From positions 70,804,001 through 70,868,000 of the forward strand of contig CM060733.1 in assembly GCA_030704615.1 (NCBI GenBank): DNA of 64,000 nt, given 5' to 3'. The notes beneath the pieces are model-generated. The model ran no database searches. It had not been told where the DNA came from and saw nothing but the letters and a program-made list of their open reading frames with translations. Origin of the DNA: Takakia lepidozioides. Taxonomy: Eukaryota; Plantae; Bryophyta. Every line of letters starts with the position of its first letter. The stretch's first letter is position 1. The position numbers and the translations under genes were made by a program. Positions 62,955 to 64,000 of this stretch are shown one piece after another.

Positions 62955-64000
62955 ATGGGGTCGGGCAAGCCGAAGCGAAAGCGGAACGGCCCAAAAGATG
63001 ATGATCCCGGTGAGCCCGATGGGGGCGGCGTGTCACCGAGGCGGCCGTTTGAGGAAGCAATGCATGTTTCCGAAAGCGAGGCCGCCCAAGAGCGGGAGGA
63101 ATCTGAGGAGTCGGAGCCCGAGGAATCCTTGAGAGCTCCGACAAACCAAGAGATGCCTCCCATGCCGGCAGCCTTTTGGGAAGGGTTGTTGGCGCAGTTT
63201 GGTGGGACGTTGAAAGACGTGTTGAAGGCGGCTAATGCCACTTCCGCTAAGGCAAAGTTTAAGGTGAAGCCTAAGGAACCCGACACCTTCGAGGGCGTCC
63301 GAAATCGGAAGGCACTCAACACCTGGCTCTTGGAGCTAGAGCAGTACTTCCGGGCGGCCAAGTTGAGTTACGAGGATCGGGTGGAAGTGGCTCCCACCTA
63401 TTTGAGGGGCTATGCTCAACAATGGTGGCAGAAACGCCTTCACGACCGAGGTCCAAGCCCGGAAACCTTGAACTGGAGTGGGTTCAAGGAATTGATGAAG
63501 AGACAGTTTTTCCCCTCAACGCGTCTGGCTTGCCCGGGACAAGATGAGGAATTTGAAGCAAACAGATGACATTCAGGGGTATGTCCAGGCTTTCAATGTG
63601 CTGTTGCTCGAAGTCGCGGACATGGCAGAACCAGAAATGGTCTTCAACTTTGTGGTGGGACTGGCCCCATGGGCCAGGCGGAAGTTGGAGGAGAAGCCAC
63701 CCAAGACTTTGAACGAGGCTATTGAGAGGGCTGAATGTTTCTCAGATGTCCCTAGGGGTGAAAGACAAGGCCGTACGGAGCTGAACCACAAGAAGATTCG
63801 GCGGGAAGGTGACTCCTTCCGACCGGAAAAGAAGTGGGATAGGCCACGCGGCGAAAATGGCACGTGGAAATCGAAGGGAGGGCCTTCACACGTCAAGGCG
63901 GCACCCGGTGCTTCGAAAGGAAAAGCGGGTGGAGCGGCTTATGGCGGACAGAAGGTGACCTTTGATGGAGTGTGTTTCAATTGCGGGGAGCCCGGGCACA
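62955..64000 (+). CDS. gag of copy D (partial; apparent frameshift near 63515-63530)
   Basis: MGSGKPKRKRN...EPDTFEGVRNRKALNTWL...YLRGYAQQWW...CFNCGEPGH. Confidence 0.85.

Larger units (their letters stand above)
62165..64000 (+). mobile_element. Chromovirus copy D (runs off the window)
   Basis: 5' LTR 62165-62899, PBS 62902-62913, gag from 62955 to the CCHC knuckle; very close to copy A. Confidence 0.94.

Overview
Land-plant (bryophyte-like) genomic DNA. The left 9.2 kb holds an intact 16-exon beta-adaptin (AP-1/AP-2 beta subunit) gene on the minus strand. The other ~55 kb is a nested transposon pile: three copies and two fragments of one chromodomain Ty3/gypsy family, a ~9.7-kb non-chromovirus Ty3/gypsy with extra ORFs, a split non-LTR retroelement with an algal Dualen/RandI-like RT, and CACTA-, Helitron- and MITE-like remnants. 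The most unusual item is a 13.7-kb DNA element (26267-40002) inserted into the non-LTR RT frame with no target-site duplication. It carries, divergently, (i) a Mutator-type DDE transposase with a GCM-like Cys/His region and a SWIM finger and (ii) a spliced gene fusing a ParB/Srx-like domain (DGNHR) to a beta-class N6-A/N4-C DNA methyltransferase domain. Arrays of the palindrome GGAAATTCGGCGCCGAATTTCC lie between the two genes, in an intron and near the left end. The middle 2.7 kb of the ParB-MTase gene is inverted between 11-bp inverted repeats in two introns; flipping it back restores exon order and rejoins MTase motif I. A sister palindrome array and a head-to-head pair of unknown paralogous genes lie at 51.4-54.1 kb. 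Many frameshifts sit in homopolymers and may be long-read errors. All calls are by eye; no database search was run.
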